DNA of 32,305 nt from assembly GCA_015487455.1 (NCBI GenBank), contig WFPR01000047.1, positions 1 to 32,305 on the forward strand. The letters run 5' to 3'. The DNA is from Candidatus Bipolaricaulota bacterium (GTDB taxonomy: Bacteria; Bipolaricaulota; Bipolaricaulia; RBG-16-55-9). Both the position numbers and the translations under genes were made by a program. Positions 1 to 10,392 of the stretch are shown piece by piece (within the stretch, counting starts at the first letter, position 1; each line of letters begins with the position of its first letter). The notes beneath the pieces are model-generated. The model saw nothing but the letters and a program-made list of their open reading frames with translations, was not told the DNA's origin and made no database searches.

Positions 1-1326
1 CCCGCCGAGCCCCAGCTCGACCCCCGCCACTGCTCCGAGCCCAACTGGCTGGGCGCCCTGCAGGCCCAAGGCGAAAAGTCGCTGAAGAAGGCCGTGGCGG
101 CGGTCACGGCGGGGATCGGGCCGCGGACGGCCCAAGAGCTGTGCATTCGGGCCGGGCTCGACCCCGAGCGCTTCATAAGCGCTCTCGCGCCCGACGAGCG
201 GCGCGCGCTCTGGGCCGCGACCCGCGGGCTGTTCGAGCAAATTCAGCAGAAGCGTTGGGCGCCCTGTCTTTATGAGGACCCCGAGACGGGCGCGCCCATC
301 GACGTCACGCCCTTCCCATACGCGATGTATGCGCATCTATGCGAGCGGCGCTTCGGGACGCTCTCGGAGGCGATGGACGCGTTCCACGCCGGGCTGGGGC
401 AGGAGCCCGTGGTCGCCCTGCGAAGGCGCTTGGAGCGCGCCCTGCGCGACAAGCTCGAGAAGCTCGAGAACGCCATCAGGCACGTCGAGCGCGACCTCCA
501 GAACGTCCAAAGGCACGAGGAGCTGAAGGCGTGCGGCGATCTGCTCATGGCCCAGCTCCACAAGGCCCGCAAGGGCCAGACGAGCGTCGAGCTGGACGAC
601 TTCTTCAGGGGCGGGACCCGAACGGTGCGGCTGGACCCGACGCTCACCCCCGTGGAGAACGCCCGGCGCTACTACGAGCGCGCTCGGAAGCTCAAGCGGG
701 CGCTCGAGAGGCTCGCCCAACGCCTGGAGGAGCTGAAGCTCGAGCGGCGCTACGTCGAGGAGCTGCAGGCCCACCTGGAGGGGGCCGAGACCCCCGATGA
801 GCTGAAAGCCTTAGCGGAGGAGCTGCGGGAGGAGGGGCTGCTGCCGCCGGAGGGGCCGAAGCGCCCTCGACCTCAAGCCCAAGCTCAAGCCCAAGCCTCG
901 TCTCGGCCCCCGCTCAAGCCCCGGCGGCTGGAGCTGGACGGCTGGCTGATCCTGATCGGGCGGAGCGGGCGGGAGAACGATCGGCTCGTCCGGGAGGCGC
1001 ACCCCGAGGACTGGTGGCTCCACGCCCGGGAGCGGCCCGGCGCCCACGTGATCGTGAAGGGGCCGCGGAAGGGCAAGGGGGAGCGCCCGCCCGAGGCCGT
1101 GCTCTTGCGGGCGGCCCAGCTGGCCGCGTATTATTCCCGCGGCCGCGGCGCCTCGCGCGTCCCCGTGACCGCGACGCGCGTGAAGTACGTGCGCAAGCCC
1201 AAGGGGGCCAAGCCCGGCCTGGTGCTCGTGACCCGCGAGGAGGCAACGCTCGTCGTCGAGCCCAAGGGGCTCGAGCTCGACTCAGAGCAAGCTCAAAACG
1301 CTCAAGGAGGCTCAGCGCACAGATGA
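1..1326 (+). CDS. rqcH: RqcH/NEMF-family (FbpA-like, NFACT) ribosome quality-control protein, C-terminal ~440 codons; the 5' end lies outside the window
   Basis: The frame is open from nt 1, with no stop before the GTG at 94 used by the ORF track. It has an HhH-like GIGPRTAQELCIRAGLD, a long Glu/Arg/Leu coiled coil, and an NFACT-R/DUF814-type block WLILIGRSGRENDRLV..WWLHARERPGAHVIV..LLRAAQLAAYYS. Stop TGA is at 1324-1326. Confidence 0.8.
   Translation, partial: PAEPQLDPRHCSEPNWLGALQAQGEKSLKKAVAAVTAGIGPRTAQELCIRAGLDPERFISALAPDERRALWAATRGLFEQIQQKRWAPCLYEDPETGAPIDVTPFPYAMYAHLCERRFGTLSEAMDAFHAGLGQEPVVALRRRLERALRDKLEKLENAIRHVERDLQNVQRHEELKACGDLLMAQLHKARKGQTSVELDDFFRGGTRTVRLDPTLTPVENARRYYERARKLKRALERLAQRLEELKLERRYVEELQAHLEGAETPDELKALAEELREEGLLPPEGPKRPRPQAQAQAQASSRPPLKPRRLELDGWLILIGRSGRENDRLVREAHPEDWWLHARERPGAHVIVKGPRKGKGERPPEAVLLRAAQLAAYYSRGRGASRVPVTATRVKYVRKPKGAKPGLVLVTREEATLVVEPKGLELDSEQAQNAQGGSAHR
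874..897. repeat. (CAAGCY)4 hexanucleotide repeat inside rqcH (encodes QAQAQAQA)
   Basis: CAAGCC CAAGCT CAAGCC CAAGCC. Confidence 0.95.
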
Positions 1327-1970
1327 GGTACATCGGCTCAACGTTCGGGCTGGGGGGCGCCACCCAATACTTGATCGTGCTGACGGCCCTCGTGTACGCC
1401 GTTCAGGTGGTGAGCCAGCTGGACCGCGGGCCGGACGCGCTCTTCCGCCTCGGGGTCGGCTGGATCGAGGTCACGTTCGGGCTGATCGCCCCGCCCCGCT
1501 TCCCCGAGGTGCTCTGGCAGCTCGTCACGTACATGTTCCTGCACGGCGGGCTGTGGCACATCCTGTTCAACATGTACGCGCTCTGGCTCTTCGGGAGCGT
1601 GCTCGAACGGGTCTGGGGGCCGAAGCGCTTCTTGTTTTACTACTTCTTCACGGGGATCGGGGCCGGGCTCACCACGATCGTCGTCTCGCTCTTTACCCGC
1701 GAGCTAAGCCTCAGCATCGGGGCCTCGGGCGCCGTCTACGGCGTCCTCCTGGCGTTCGCGCTCTACTTCCCGAACCAGCCCCTCTTTCTGTTCTTGATCC
1801 CGGTGCCGATCCCGGCGAAGTACGCGGTGCTGATCCTGGGGGCGCTGGCGTTCTTCTTCTCGGCCACGGGGGCGATGCCCGGCATCGCCCACCTCGCCCA
1901 CTTGGGCGGGCTGCTCTTCGGGCTGCTGTACCTCAAGGGGCCGCGGGCGCTTCGCCGCTGGCTGCCCTGA
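1323..1970 (+). CDS. Rhomboid-family intramembrane serine protease (215 aa)
   Basis: ATG 1323 overlaps the rqcH stop (ATGA). The protein is multi-TM. Rhomboid motifs are WQLVTYMFLHGGLWHILFNM (H..N), catalytic GASGAVYG and HLAHLGG. The upstream part of ORF 1014..1970 is Arg/Ala/Gly/Pro-rich and low in complexity, and overlaps rqcH. Confidence 0.85.
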   Translation: MRYIGSTFGLGGATQYLIVLTALVYAVQVVSQLDRGPDALFRLGVGWIEVTFGLIAPPRFPEVLWQLVTYMFLHGGLWHILFNMYALWLFGSVLERVWGPKRFLFYYFFTGIGAGLTTIVVSLFTRELSLSIGASGAVYGVLLAFALYFPNQPLFLFLIPVPIPAKYAVLILGALAFFFSATGAMPGIAHLAHLGGLLFGLLYLKGPRALRRWLP

Positions 1971-1983
1971 GCCCTGAGCTGAG

Positions 1984-2012
1984 TTGAGACGCGGAGGCGC
2001 CTGGGCTACAAT
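1984..2012 (+). promoter_or_regulatory. Candidate sigma70-type promoter for secG (TTGAGA-17 nt-TACAAT)
   Basis: TTGAGA at 1984-1989, a 17-nt spacer, TACAAT at 2007-2012. It lies about 50 nt upstream of the secG ATG, which is preceded by GAGG. Confidence 0.4.
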
Positions 2013-2065
2013 GCGGCTTTGAGCAGACGACACAAGCCCAGCCAAAGCGAAGCGAGGTCGAGGCG

Positions 2066-2290
2066 ATGCGGGCGTTCCTCTTGACGCTGTTCGTGTTGGA
2101 CTCGCTGGCGCTCATCGGCTTGATTTTGATCCAGATGAGCCGCCACTCGGGGCTGAGCGGGGCCTTCGGCGGCGGGGCGTCGTTCGCCGTCTTCGGCCGC
2201 GAGGAGAAGAGCGACCCGAAGCGCACCGCGACCATCTGGCTCGCGGCCCTCTTCTTCGTGTTGGCCCTCGCCCTGTCCCTCGTCTCCTAG
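2066..2290 (+). CDS. secG: Preprotein translocase subunit SecG (74 aa)
   Basis: Two TM helices flank the Gly-rich loop [26 protein letters not shown], which is typical of SecG. Size and topology fit. Confidence 0.8.
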   Translation: MRAFLLTLFVLDSLALIGLILIQMSRHSGLSGAFGGGASFAVFGREEKSDPKRTATIWLAALFFVLALALSLVS

Positions 2291-2336
2291 CCTGCAGCCC
2301 GAAGACAAGGGGGGAGGGGAAAGGGAAGAGACGGCC

Positions 2337-3335
2337 ATGGCCATCGCCACCCAGACGCGGACGCTCATCGAGGTGCGGGACCTCAAGACGTACTTCTACA
2401 CGGAGGACGGCGTGGTGCGCGCCGTCGACGGTGTCTCGTTCCAGATCGACCGGCAGAAGACCTTGGGCGTCGTGGGCGAGTCCGGCTGCGGCAAGAGCCA
2501 GACCGCCCTCTCGATCATGGGGCTCATCCCCTCGCCGCCGGGCAAGATCGTCGGCGGGCAAATTTTATACTATCGCGACTCCCAGCCCATCGACCTCACC
2601 CGGCTCGACCCCAAGGGCAAAGAATATCGCTCCATCCGGGGCAACGAGATCGCCATGATCTTCCAGGAGCCGATGACCTCGCTCAACCCCGTCTACACCA
2701 TCGGCGACCAGATCATGGAAGCGATCATGCTCCACCAGAAGAAGAGCAAGCGGGAGGCCCGGGAGCTGGCCATCGAGATGCTGCGCAAGGTGGGCATCCC
2801 GCTGCCGGAGCAGCGCGTCGACGAGTACCCGCACCAGCTCTCGGGCGGGATGCGCCAGCGGGCCATGATCGCCATGGCCCTCTCCTGCAACCCGCACCTG
2901 CTCATCGCCGACGAGCCGACCACCGCCCTCGACGTCACCATCCAAGCCCAGATCCTCGAGCTCATTAAAGAACTCCAAGAGCAGTACCACATGTCGCTCA
3001 TGATGATCACGCACAACCTGGGCGTGATCGCCGAGACGGCCGACGACGTGATCGTGATGTACATGGGCAAGGTGGTCGAGCAGGCCCCGGTGCGCGAGCT
3101 GTTCCACAACCCCCGGCACCCGTACACCCAGGGGCTGATGGAGTCGATCCCCGCGCTCACCAAGAAGAAGGAGCGGCTCAAGCCCATCAAGGGCACGGTG
3201 CCCGACCCGTACAACGTCCCCAAGGGCTGCCCGTTCCAGACCCGCTGCCCCTACGTGATGGACGTCTGCCGCGAGATGCCGCCCCTGGAGGAGGTCGCGC
3301 CCGACCACAAGGTGGCCTGCTGGCTCTACGAGTGA
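2337..3335 (+). CDS. oppD: Oligopeptide/dipeptide ABC transporter ATP-binding protein, OppD/DppD type
   Basis: Walker A GESGCGKS, signature LSGGMRQR, Walker [13 protein letters not shown]. The Opp-type C-terminal extension carries the Cys motif [15 protein letters not shown]. Confidence 0.9.
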   Translation: MAIATQTRTLIEVRDLKTYFYTEDGVVRAVDGVSFQIDRQKTLGVVGESGCGKSQTALSIMGLIPSPPGKIVGGQILYYRDSQPIDLTRLDPKGKEYRSIRGNEIAMIFQEPMTSLNPVYTIGDQIMEAIMLHQKKSKREARELAIEMLRKVGIPLPEQRVDEYPHQLSGGMRQRAMIAMALSCNPHLLIADEPTTALDVTIQAQILELIKELQEQYHMSLMMITHNLGVIAETADDVIVMYMGKVVEQAPVRELFHNPRHPYTQGLMESIPALTKKKERLKPIKGTVPDPYNVPKGCPFQTRCPYVMDVCREMPPLEEVAPDHKVACWLYE

Positions 3336-3366
3336 CGAGTGCAGGGATGGACGAGTGCAGGGATGG
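3335..3366. repeat. Perfect tandem duplication of the 16-mer ACGAGTGCAGGGATGG at the oppD/oppF junction
   Basis: 3335-3350 equals 3351-3366. The first 7 nt (ACGAGTG) also occur at 3328-3334, spanning the last oppD codons and the first two bases of its stop codon (3333-3335). The repeat is followed by ATGGATGA. Confidence 0.95.
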
Positions 3367-3393
3367 ATGGATGAAGGGAGGGAGACGGGCGGG

Positions 3394-4464
<1,071 letters not shown>

Positions 4465-4467
4465 CCC

Positions 4468-5079
4468 ATGAAGCTCCTCCTCGGGACCAAGAACCGCGGC
4501 AAGGTCCGCGAGCTCCTCGCCATCCTCAACGATAACGATCTCCCCGACGTCGAGTTGCTCACCGTCGACGATCGTCCGTTCTCGGACGTCCCCGAGACGG
4601 GGGGGAGCTTTCTGGAGAACGCCCGTCTCAAGGCCCGGACGATCGCGGAGGAGACGGGCCTGCCCGTCCTGGCCGAGGACTCGGGACTTGAAGTCGAAGC
4701 GTTGGGGGGCGCGCCCGGCGTCCGCAGCGCCCGCTTCGCCGGGGAGGGCGCTACCGACGAACAGAACGTCCAAAAGCTCTTAGCAAGGCTGGAGGGCGTC
4801 CCCGAGGAGCGGCGGGGCGCCCGCTTCGTCTGCGTGGCCGTGGTCCGCTTCCCCGGCCCCGACGGCCGCGAGCTCGTGGCGGAGGGGGAGCTGCGCGGGC
4901 GCATCGCCACGGAGCCCCGGGGGACGCACGGCTTCGGCTACGACCCCGTGTTCATCCCCGAGGGCTATGAGCGAACCCTGGCGGAGCTCGGCCCCGAGGT
5001 CAAGAACCGCATCAGCCACCGGCGGAGGGCGCTCGAGGCAATCAAAAAAGCCTTACAAGAGCTTACTTTAAAAGCTTGA
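4468..5079 (+). CDS. rdgB: RdgB/HAM1 non-canonical purine NTP (dITP/XTP) pyrophosphatase
   Basis: N-terminal LGTKNRGKVRELL, then FGYDPVF and SHRRRAL motifs. About 200 aa. Confidence 0.88.
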   Translation: MKLLLGTKNRGKVRELLAILNDNDLPDVELLTVDDRPFSDVPETGGSFLENARLKARTIAEETGLPVLAEDSGLEVEALGGAPGVRSARFAGEGATDEQNVQKLLARLEGVPEERRGARFVCVAVVRFPGPDGRELVAEGELRGRIATEPRGTHGFGYDPVFIPEGYERTLAELGPEVKNRISHRRRALEAIKKALQELTLKA

Positions 5080-5168
5080 GCCGTTTGAGATCTTCTTCAG
5101 TCCAACGCGCCTGCACTCCAATCATGGATTTAAGCGTTTTGGGCTTGTTTGCGAACGCTGAGCGAACA

Positions 5169-5459
5169 TCAGGAGGCGGTCACGACGGTGATCAACGGCC
5201 CGTCGGACTCCTGCAGGAGCGCTTCAGGAGGGATGGCCTGCCCTTCCCTCGTCATCTCCTCAACGATGGCTTGAAGGACCTCCTGGAGGTTTTGCAGGGC
5301 CTCCTCCCGGGTATACCCCCAGGTCGACGCCCCCCTGTGCTCGAGCGCCGGCACGTAGGCGCGCCAGACGGCCTTCTCGTCGGGCTCGTCCGGCCACCTG
5401 TCCCGCTCCAGAACGACCTTAAACGTGTACGACTTGAGCCTTCCCCCTTGAAGGGCCAT
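5169..5459 (-). CDS. HicB-like (UPF0150-type) small protein with the N-terminal domain only; no DNA-binding domain and no HicA partner
   Basis: YTFKVVLERD..AYVPAL..GASTWGYTREEALQNLQEVLQAIVEEMTREGQAIPP matches the HicB/UPF0150 fold pattern. The ATG at 5459 is 1 nt after the dnaJ stop, with GGAGGGAGG inside the dnaJ 3' end acting as SD. Confidence 0.65.
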   Translation of the reverse strand: MALQGGRLKSYTFKVVLERDRWPDEPDEKAVWRAYVPALEHRGASTWGYTREEALQNLQEVLQAIVEEMTREGQAIPPEALLQESDGPLITVVTAS

Positions 5460-5460
5460 T

Positions 5461-6582
5461 TTAGGAGCCTCCCTCCAGCTCCGGCGCCAGCTCCCGGTCC
5501 AGCTGCTCGAGGAGCTGGCGCACCCGGCGGCTCAAGCGCTTGGGCGTGACCACCTTGACCGTCACGTACTGGTCGCCCCGGCCGCGGCCCCTCAAGTGCG
5601 GAATCCCCTTCCCGCGCAGCACGAACGTCTCGCCCGACTGCGTCCCCGGCGGGATGGTCAGCTCCTCCTCGCCGAAGAGCGTCGGCACCTTAACGGTGGC
5701 CCCCAGCGCCGCCTGCGGGAACGTGATGGGCACCTCGCAGTACAAGTCGTCGCCCTTGCGGGTGAAGACCTCGTGGGGCGCGATCTCGACCACGATGTAG
5801 AGGTCGCCGGGCGGGCCGCCGAAGAGCCCGGCGTTCCCCTCGCCCGTGAGCTTCAATCGGGAGCCCGTGTCCACCCCCGGCGGCACCTTGATGGAGATGC
5901 GGCTCTCCTCCCAGACCCGACTCTTGCCCCCGCACTTGCGGCAGGGCTCCTCGATGAGCTCGCCCGTCCCCTCGCAGCGCCCGCACGTCTGGACGTTCAC
6001 GAACGTGCCGAGGAGCGTCCGCTGGCGGTGCTCGACCTGACCGGTGCCCCCGCACAGGGGACAGGCCCGCACGCCCGTGCCCGGCTCCCGGCCCGTCCCG
6101 CCGCAGCGGTCGCAGATGACATAACGGGGCACCGTGACCTTGACGCGGGTCCCCTGGGCCGCGTCCTCCAGCGTCAGCCGCAGCTTGTACTCCAAGTCCT
6201 CGCCCCGCCGGGCGCGGGTGCGGGGCCGGGCTCGGGTTCTCGTCCTGACGCCCTCGCCGAAGAAGAGGTCGAAGAGGTCCTCCCAGCCGCCGCCGAAGAA
6301 CTCCTCGAACGTCTCCCGCGCCCGGCGGAAGTCCCGGATGTCGAAGTCGAAGCCCTGCTCCGGCCCGACGTGGCCGAATCGATCGTACTGGGCCCGCTTC
6401 TCCGGGTCCGAGAGCACCTCGTACGCCTCCGCGATCTCCTTGAACTTCTGGGCGCTCTCGGGGTCCTTGGTCACGTCGGGATGATATTTTTTGGCCAGGC
6501 GGCGGTACGCCCGCTTGATCTCCTCCTGGGTCGCGTCCCGGGGGACGCCCAGGATCTCGTAGTAGTCCTTCTTGACCGCCAT
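5461..6582 (-). CDS. dnaJ: Molecular chaperone DnaJ
   Basis: J domain [11 protein letters not shown]. Four CxxCxG zinc-finger repeats ([32 protein letters not shown]). C-terminal substrate-binding domains. Confidence 0.97.
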   Translation of the reverse strand: MAVKKDYYEILGVPRDATQEEIKRAYRRLAKKYHPDVTKDPESAQKFKEIAEAYEVLSDPEKRAQYDRFGHVGPEQGFDFDIRDFRRARETFEEFFGGGWEDLFDLFFGEGVRTRTRARPRTRARRGEDLEYKLRLTLEDAAQGTRVKVTVPRYVICDRCGGTGREPGTGVRACPLCGGTGQVEHRQRTLLGTFVNVQTCGRCEGTGELIEEPCRKCGGKSRVWEESRISIKVPPGVDTGSRLKLTGEGNAGLFGGPPGDLYIVVEIAPHEVFTRKGDDLYCEVPITFPQAALGATVKVPTLFGEEELTIPPGTQSGETFVLRGKGIPHLRGRGRGDQYVTVKVVTPKRLSRRVRQLLEQLDRELAPELEGGS

Positions 6583-6661
6583 GGTCCGTCCCTCGCCCCG
6601 CGCGCGCGTGGCGGGCGCGGGTCACTTTAATCTAGCGCGTCCAGGCAGGCGCGTCGGGTGC

Positions 6662-8560
6662 TCAGCGCTTCGAGCTCGAGTCGTCGTCCCTCTCGTACTC
6701 GGCCTCGACGTAGTCGCCCTTCTGGGTTTGAGCTTGGGCTTGCGCCTGCGGCCCTTGGCCGTCGGGGCCCGTGCCGTCGCCGGAGCCCGCCGCGGTGGCC
6801 TGGGCCGTCTGCTGGTAGACCTGCTGGCCGAGCGCCAGCGACGCCTCGCGCAGCTCCTCCATCGCCCGCCGCAGCTCCGCGACGGAGGCCTCCTTCTGGA
6901 GCAGCTCCTTCAGCTCGTTGAGCTTGGCCTCGACACGCCCGCGCGTGCCCGCGTCGACCTTGTCGCCCAGCTCCTTGAGCGTCTTCTCGACGCTGTAGGC
7001 GAGGAAGTCCGCCTGGTTGCGCGTCTCGATCTCCTCGACCTTCCGGCGGTCCTCCTCCTCGTGCTCCTGGGCCTCGCGGCGCATCCGCTCGATCTCGGCC
7101 TCGCTGAGCCGGGACGTCTCCTTGATCACGATCCCGGCCTCCTTGCCCGTTCCTAAATCTTTGGCGCTGACGTGGAGGATGCCGTCGGCGTCGATGCTGA
7201 ACTTCACCTCGATCTGGGGCACGCCGCGCGGCGCGGGCGGGATGCCCGTCAGCTGGAAGCGCCCCAGGCTGCGATTGTCCTTGGCGAGCTTCCGCTCGCC
7301 CTGCACGATGTGGATGTCCACGGTCGTCTGGCCGTCCTCGGCCGTGGTGAAGATCTTCGTCTTCTCGCAGGGGATCGTGGTGTTCTTCTCGATGATGGGC
7401 GTGGCGATCCCGCCCAGGGTCTCGACGGAGAGCGTCAAGGGGGTTACGTCGAGAAGCACGATCTCGTCGATCTCGCCCGCCAGGACGGCCCCCTGGAGCG
7501 CCGCGCCCAGCGCCACCACCTCGTCCGGGTTGATCTCCTTGTTGACCTTGCCGCCGGGGATCGCCTCCTCGATGAGCTTTTGAACTTTCGGGATGCGGGT
7601 CGAGCCCCCGACGAGCACGACCTGATCGATGTCCTTCTCCGTCATCTTGGCGTCCTTGAGCGTCTGGTGGACGAGGTCGATGGTCCGCTCGAGGAGGTCG
7701 TTGATCATGCTCTCGAAGCGGGCGCGGGTGAGCTTGCGCTCCAGGTGCTTGGGGCCGGAGGCGTCCGCCGTGATGTACGGCAGGTTGATGACGGTCTCCT
7801 GCTTGAACGACAGCTCCTTCTTGGCGTTCTCGGCCGCCTCCTTGAGGCGCTGCAGCGCGGCGGGGTCCTGACGCAGGTCGATGCCCGTCTCCTCCTTGAA
7901 CTCCTCGATGAGCCAGGTCATGATGCGCTCGTCGAAGTCCTTGCCGCCCAGTTGGTTGTCCCCGCCGGTGGCCACCACCTCGAAGACGCCCTCCCCGATC
8001 TCGAGGATCGAGACGTCGAACGTCCCGCCGCCCAGATCGTACACGAGGATCGTCTGGTCTTTTTCTTTATCGAGGCCGTAGGCGAGCGCCGCGGCCGTCG
8101 GCTCGTTGATGATCCGCATCACCTCCAGCCCGGCGATCTTCCCGGCGTCCTTGGTGGCCTGGCGCTGGAGGTTGTCGAAGTAGGCCGGGCAGGTGATCAC
8201 GGCCTTCTTGATGGGGTGCCCGAGGCGCTCCTCCGCGTCCTTCTTGAGCTTCTGCAGGATCATCGCGGAGATCTCCTCGGGCGAGAACTCCTTGGTCCAC
8301 TTCTTCGTCTGGATCTTGACGCGGTGGTTCGTCCCCATCTTGCGCTTGATCTCCATGACGGTGCGCTCGGGGTTGGTGATCGCCTGGCGCTTGGCCAGCG
8401 TCCCCACCAGGCGCTCCCCGTCCTCTGTAAACGCGACGACGGAGGGCGTGATCCGCTCGCCCTCGGCGTTCAGCACGATCTCGGGCTTGCCGCCCTCGAC
8501 CACCGCCAGGGCGGACATCGTCGTGCCCAAATCGATCCCCACGATCTTCTCCTTCGCCAT
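6662..8560 (-). CDS. dnaK: Molecular chaperone DnaK (Hsp70)
   Basis: [21 protein letters not shown] and [11 protein letters not shown] signatures; full length, 632 aa. Confidence 0.98.
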   Translation of the reverse strand: MAKEKIVGIDLGTTMSALAVVEGGKPEIVLNAEGERITPSVVAFTEDGERLVGTLAKRQAITNPERTVMEIKRKMGTNHRVKIQTKKWTKEFSPEEISAMILQKLKKDAEERLGHPIKKAVITCPAYFDNLQRQATKDAGKIAGLEVMRIINEPTAAALAYGLDKEKDQTILVYDLGGGTFDVSILEIGEGVFEVVATGGDNQLGGKDFDERIMTWLIEEFKEETGIDLRQDPAALQRLKEAAENAKKELSFKQETVINLPYITADASGPKHLERKLTRARFESMINDLLERTIDLVHQTLKDAKMTEKDIDQVVLVGGSTRIPKVQKLIEEAIPGGKVNKEINPDEVVALGAALQGAVLAGEIDEIVLLDVTPLTLSVETLGGIATPIIEKNTTIPCEKTKIFTTAEDGQTTVDIHIVQGERKLAKDNRSLGRFQLTGIPPAPRGVPQIEVKFSIDADGILHVSAKDLGTGKEAGIVIKETSRLSEAEIERMRREAQEHEEEDRRKVEEIETRNQADFLAYSVEKTLKELGDKVDAGTRGRVEAKLNELKELLQKEASVAELRRAMEELREASLALGQQVYQQTAQATAAGSGDGTGPDGQGPQAQAQAQTQKGDYVEAEYERDDDSSSKR

Positions 8561-8566
8561 CGGCCA

Positions 8567-9280
8567 TCACCCCTTTCGCTCGTTCCCGTTCTTCCCATTC
8601 CCGTTCTCGTCCCCGTCCCTCTCCCCGTTCGAGCTCGCGCGAGTCCGGCCGTTCGCCGCCTGCGGCTGGGTTGGCGGCGGTGAAGGGGGCTCGGCCCGCT
8701 CCCGCCTCTTGCTGACCTTCACCCGGCTGGGGCGGAGCACCCGCTCGGCCCTTAGGTACCCGCGCTCGAACTCCTCGAGCACGACGTTGGGCGGGCCGTC
8801 GGTCTCGACGGCGAGCAGCGCCTCATGCAGGAGCGGGTCGAACGGCCGCCCCAGCGCCTCGATGGGCCGCACCCCCTCGCCCTTTAAAAAGTCGCTGAAC
8901 TGCGCGAAGATCCGCTCCATCCCCTCGATGAACGAGTCCTTGTCGCTGTTGTGGTCGTACGCGCGGAAGGCCCGCTCCATGTTGTCGTAGATGGGCAGGA
9001 TCTTGAGCAGGAAGCGATCCTCGACGAGGCGGGCGAACTCCTCCCGCTCCCGCTCGACGCGCTTCTTGTAGTTCTCGAAGTCGGCCTGGAGGCGCTTCAA
9101 GCGGTCGGTGAGCGCCTTGACCTGCTCGTCCTTCTCGGCCAGCTGGCGCCGCAGCGCCTCCAGCTCCCCGCGCAGCCGCTCGAGCTCGTCGCCCTGCGCT
9201 TGCTGAGCTTGTTGAGCTTGTTGGGCTTGGGCTTGAGCTTGCCCCTCCTTCTTCTCTGCGTCCTTCTCGGCGTCGGTCAC
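8567..9280 (-). CDS. grpE: Nucleotide exchange factor GrpE (237 aa), with repeat-encoded N- and C-terminal extensions
   Basis: GTG 9280 overlaps the hrcA stop (GTGA). The coiled coil is followed by LQADFENYKKR..ILPIYDNMERA..PFDPLLHEA. The rest of ORF 8567..10363 lies out of frame over hrcA and is an artefact. Confidence 0.92.
   Translation of the reverse strand: MTDAEKDAEKKEGQAQAQAQQAQQAQQAQGDELERLRGELEALRRQLAEKDEQVKALTDRLKRLQADFENYKKRVEREREEFARLVEDRFLLKILPIYDNMERAFRAYDHNSDKDSFIEGMERIFAQFSDFLKGEGVRPIEALGRPFDPLLHEALLAVETDGPPNVVLEEFERGYLRAERVLRPSRVKVSKRRERAEPPSPPPTQPQAANGRTRASSNGERDGDENGNGKNGNERKG
9196..9243. repeat. CAAGCY/CAACAAGCT repeat tract inside the grpE 5' region (encodes QAQAQAQQAQQAQQAQ)
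   Basis: The minus strand reads CAAGCT CAAGCC CAAGCC CAACAAGCT CAACAAGCT CAGCAAGCG. Confidence 0.9.
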
Positions 9281-10353
9281 GACCGGCTCACCTCCCCCTC
9301 CACCTCGAGGGCCTCCTCGACGCTCCGGCCGTGGCCATGCCCATGGCTGAGGGTGAGGATGGCCTCGAGGCGGTTCCCGATGTACGTCGTGAGGGAGAAC
9401 GCCTTGCCGTAGTCCATGCGGACGGGGCCGAGCACCCCCAGCGCCCCCGAGGGGCGGTAGCCCCGGAACACCAGGCTGCACGGGGCCAGCTCGGGCAAGT
9501 CGTTCTCCGAGCCGATGCGCGCCTGGACGTTGGGGGTGTGGGCCGTCTGCGCCTCGAGGTAGCGCCCGAAGCGCTCGGGGTCGCCGAGCAGGCGGACGAC
9601 CTCGCGGACGTCCTCCAGCCGATGCCCCTCGTCGGCGAGGCTCTTCAGCAGGTTGAAGAGCCCTTCGACGTAGAGGCGGCGCCCCGGGCGGGGCTCCAGC
9701 GCCTCGAGGAGCAGCGCGAAGGCCGTCTGCACTTGGGGGTCGTGCCAGCCCTCGGCCTCCGCGAAGCGGCGCGCCTCGCGGCGCGCCTCGTCGAGGCGCT
9801 TCCCCCGGAGGCGCTCGGTCAGCAGCGCGCCGACCTCGCGGAGCGCCGCGTCGCTCAGGCGCGTCGGGATCACCCGGTGCTCGAGGATCCCCAGCTCGGA
9901 GACGACCACGGCCAGCGCGTGCTCCGCGTCCAGCTTGGCGAAGACGACAGACTCCAGGCGCGACTCCTCCAGGCGCGGGGCGAGCACGAACCCCGCGTAC
10001 CCGCTCACGTTGGCGAGCAGGAGCGCCGTCTGCCTCAGCAGGCGCTCGATCTCCTGACGCCGGACGCGGTAGCTCTCCGTGATGGCGTGCTGATCGGGGT
10101 GGGTCAGCTCGCCCAGCTCGAGGAGCCAGTCGACGAAGAAGCGGAAGCCCTTCTCCGTGGGCACCCGCCCCGCCGAGCTGTACGCCTTGGTGATCAGGCC
10201 CTGCCGCTCCAGGTATTTCATATCGTTGCGGATCGTGGCCGAACAGACGCCCAAATCGTGCTTGCGGAGCAGGGCCTGGGAGCTGAGCGGCCGCCCCGTC
10301 CGGATGTAGTGATCCACGATCGCCTTGAGCACCAGGCGCTTCCGGGCGTCCAC
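9277..10353 (-). CDS. hrcA: Heat-inducible transcription repressor HrcA
   Basis: N-terminal winged-helix RKRLVLKAIVDHYIRTGRPLSSQAL..CSATIRNDMKYLERQGLI. It is the first gene of the hrcA-grpE-dnaK-dnaJ operon and has a CIRCE element immediately upstream. GTG start. Confidence 0.95.
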   Translation of the reverse strand: MDARKRLVLKAIVDHYIRTGRPLSSQALLRKHDLGVCSATIRNDMKYLERQGLITKAYSSAGRVPTEKGFRFFVDWLLELGELTHPDQHAITESYRVRRQEIERLLRQTALLLANVSGYAGFVLAPRLEESRLESVVFAKLDAEHALAVVVSELGILEHRVIPTRLSDAALREVGALLTERLRGKRLDEARREARRFAEAEGWHDPQVQTAFALLLEALEPRPGRRLYVEGLFNLLKSLADEGHRLEDVREVVRLLGDPERFGRYLEAQTAHTPNVQARIGSENDLPELAPCSLVFRGYRPSGALGVLGPVRMDYGKAFSLTTYIGNRLEAILTLSHGHGHGRSVEEALEVEGEVSRS

Positions 10354-10356
10354 GGC

Positions 10357-10383
10357 TTAGCACTCTCCTTGTTGGACTGCTAA
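10357..10383 (-). promoter_or_regulatory. CIRCE operator (HrcA binding site)
   Basis: On the minus strand it reads TTAGCAGTC-N9-GAGTGCTAA, against the consensus TTAGCACTC-N9-GAGTGCTAA (1 mismatch). It ends 3 nt upstream of the hrcA GTG. The SD-like AAGGAGAG lies inside the spacer and right arm. Confidence 0.9.
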
Positions 10384-10392
10384 CCGCTGGGG

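Noticed and set aside
5063-5125. A possible HicA toxin remnant or small ORF (MIGVQARWTEEDLKRLKLLK, minus strand) downstream of the HicB-like gene.
   Set aside because: It is only 20 codons and overlaps the rdgB 3' end. It shows no resemblance to the HicA dsRBD pattern (..GW....QKGSH..F.H......T.P.H..). HicA normally lies upstream of hicB, not downstream.
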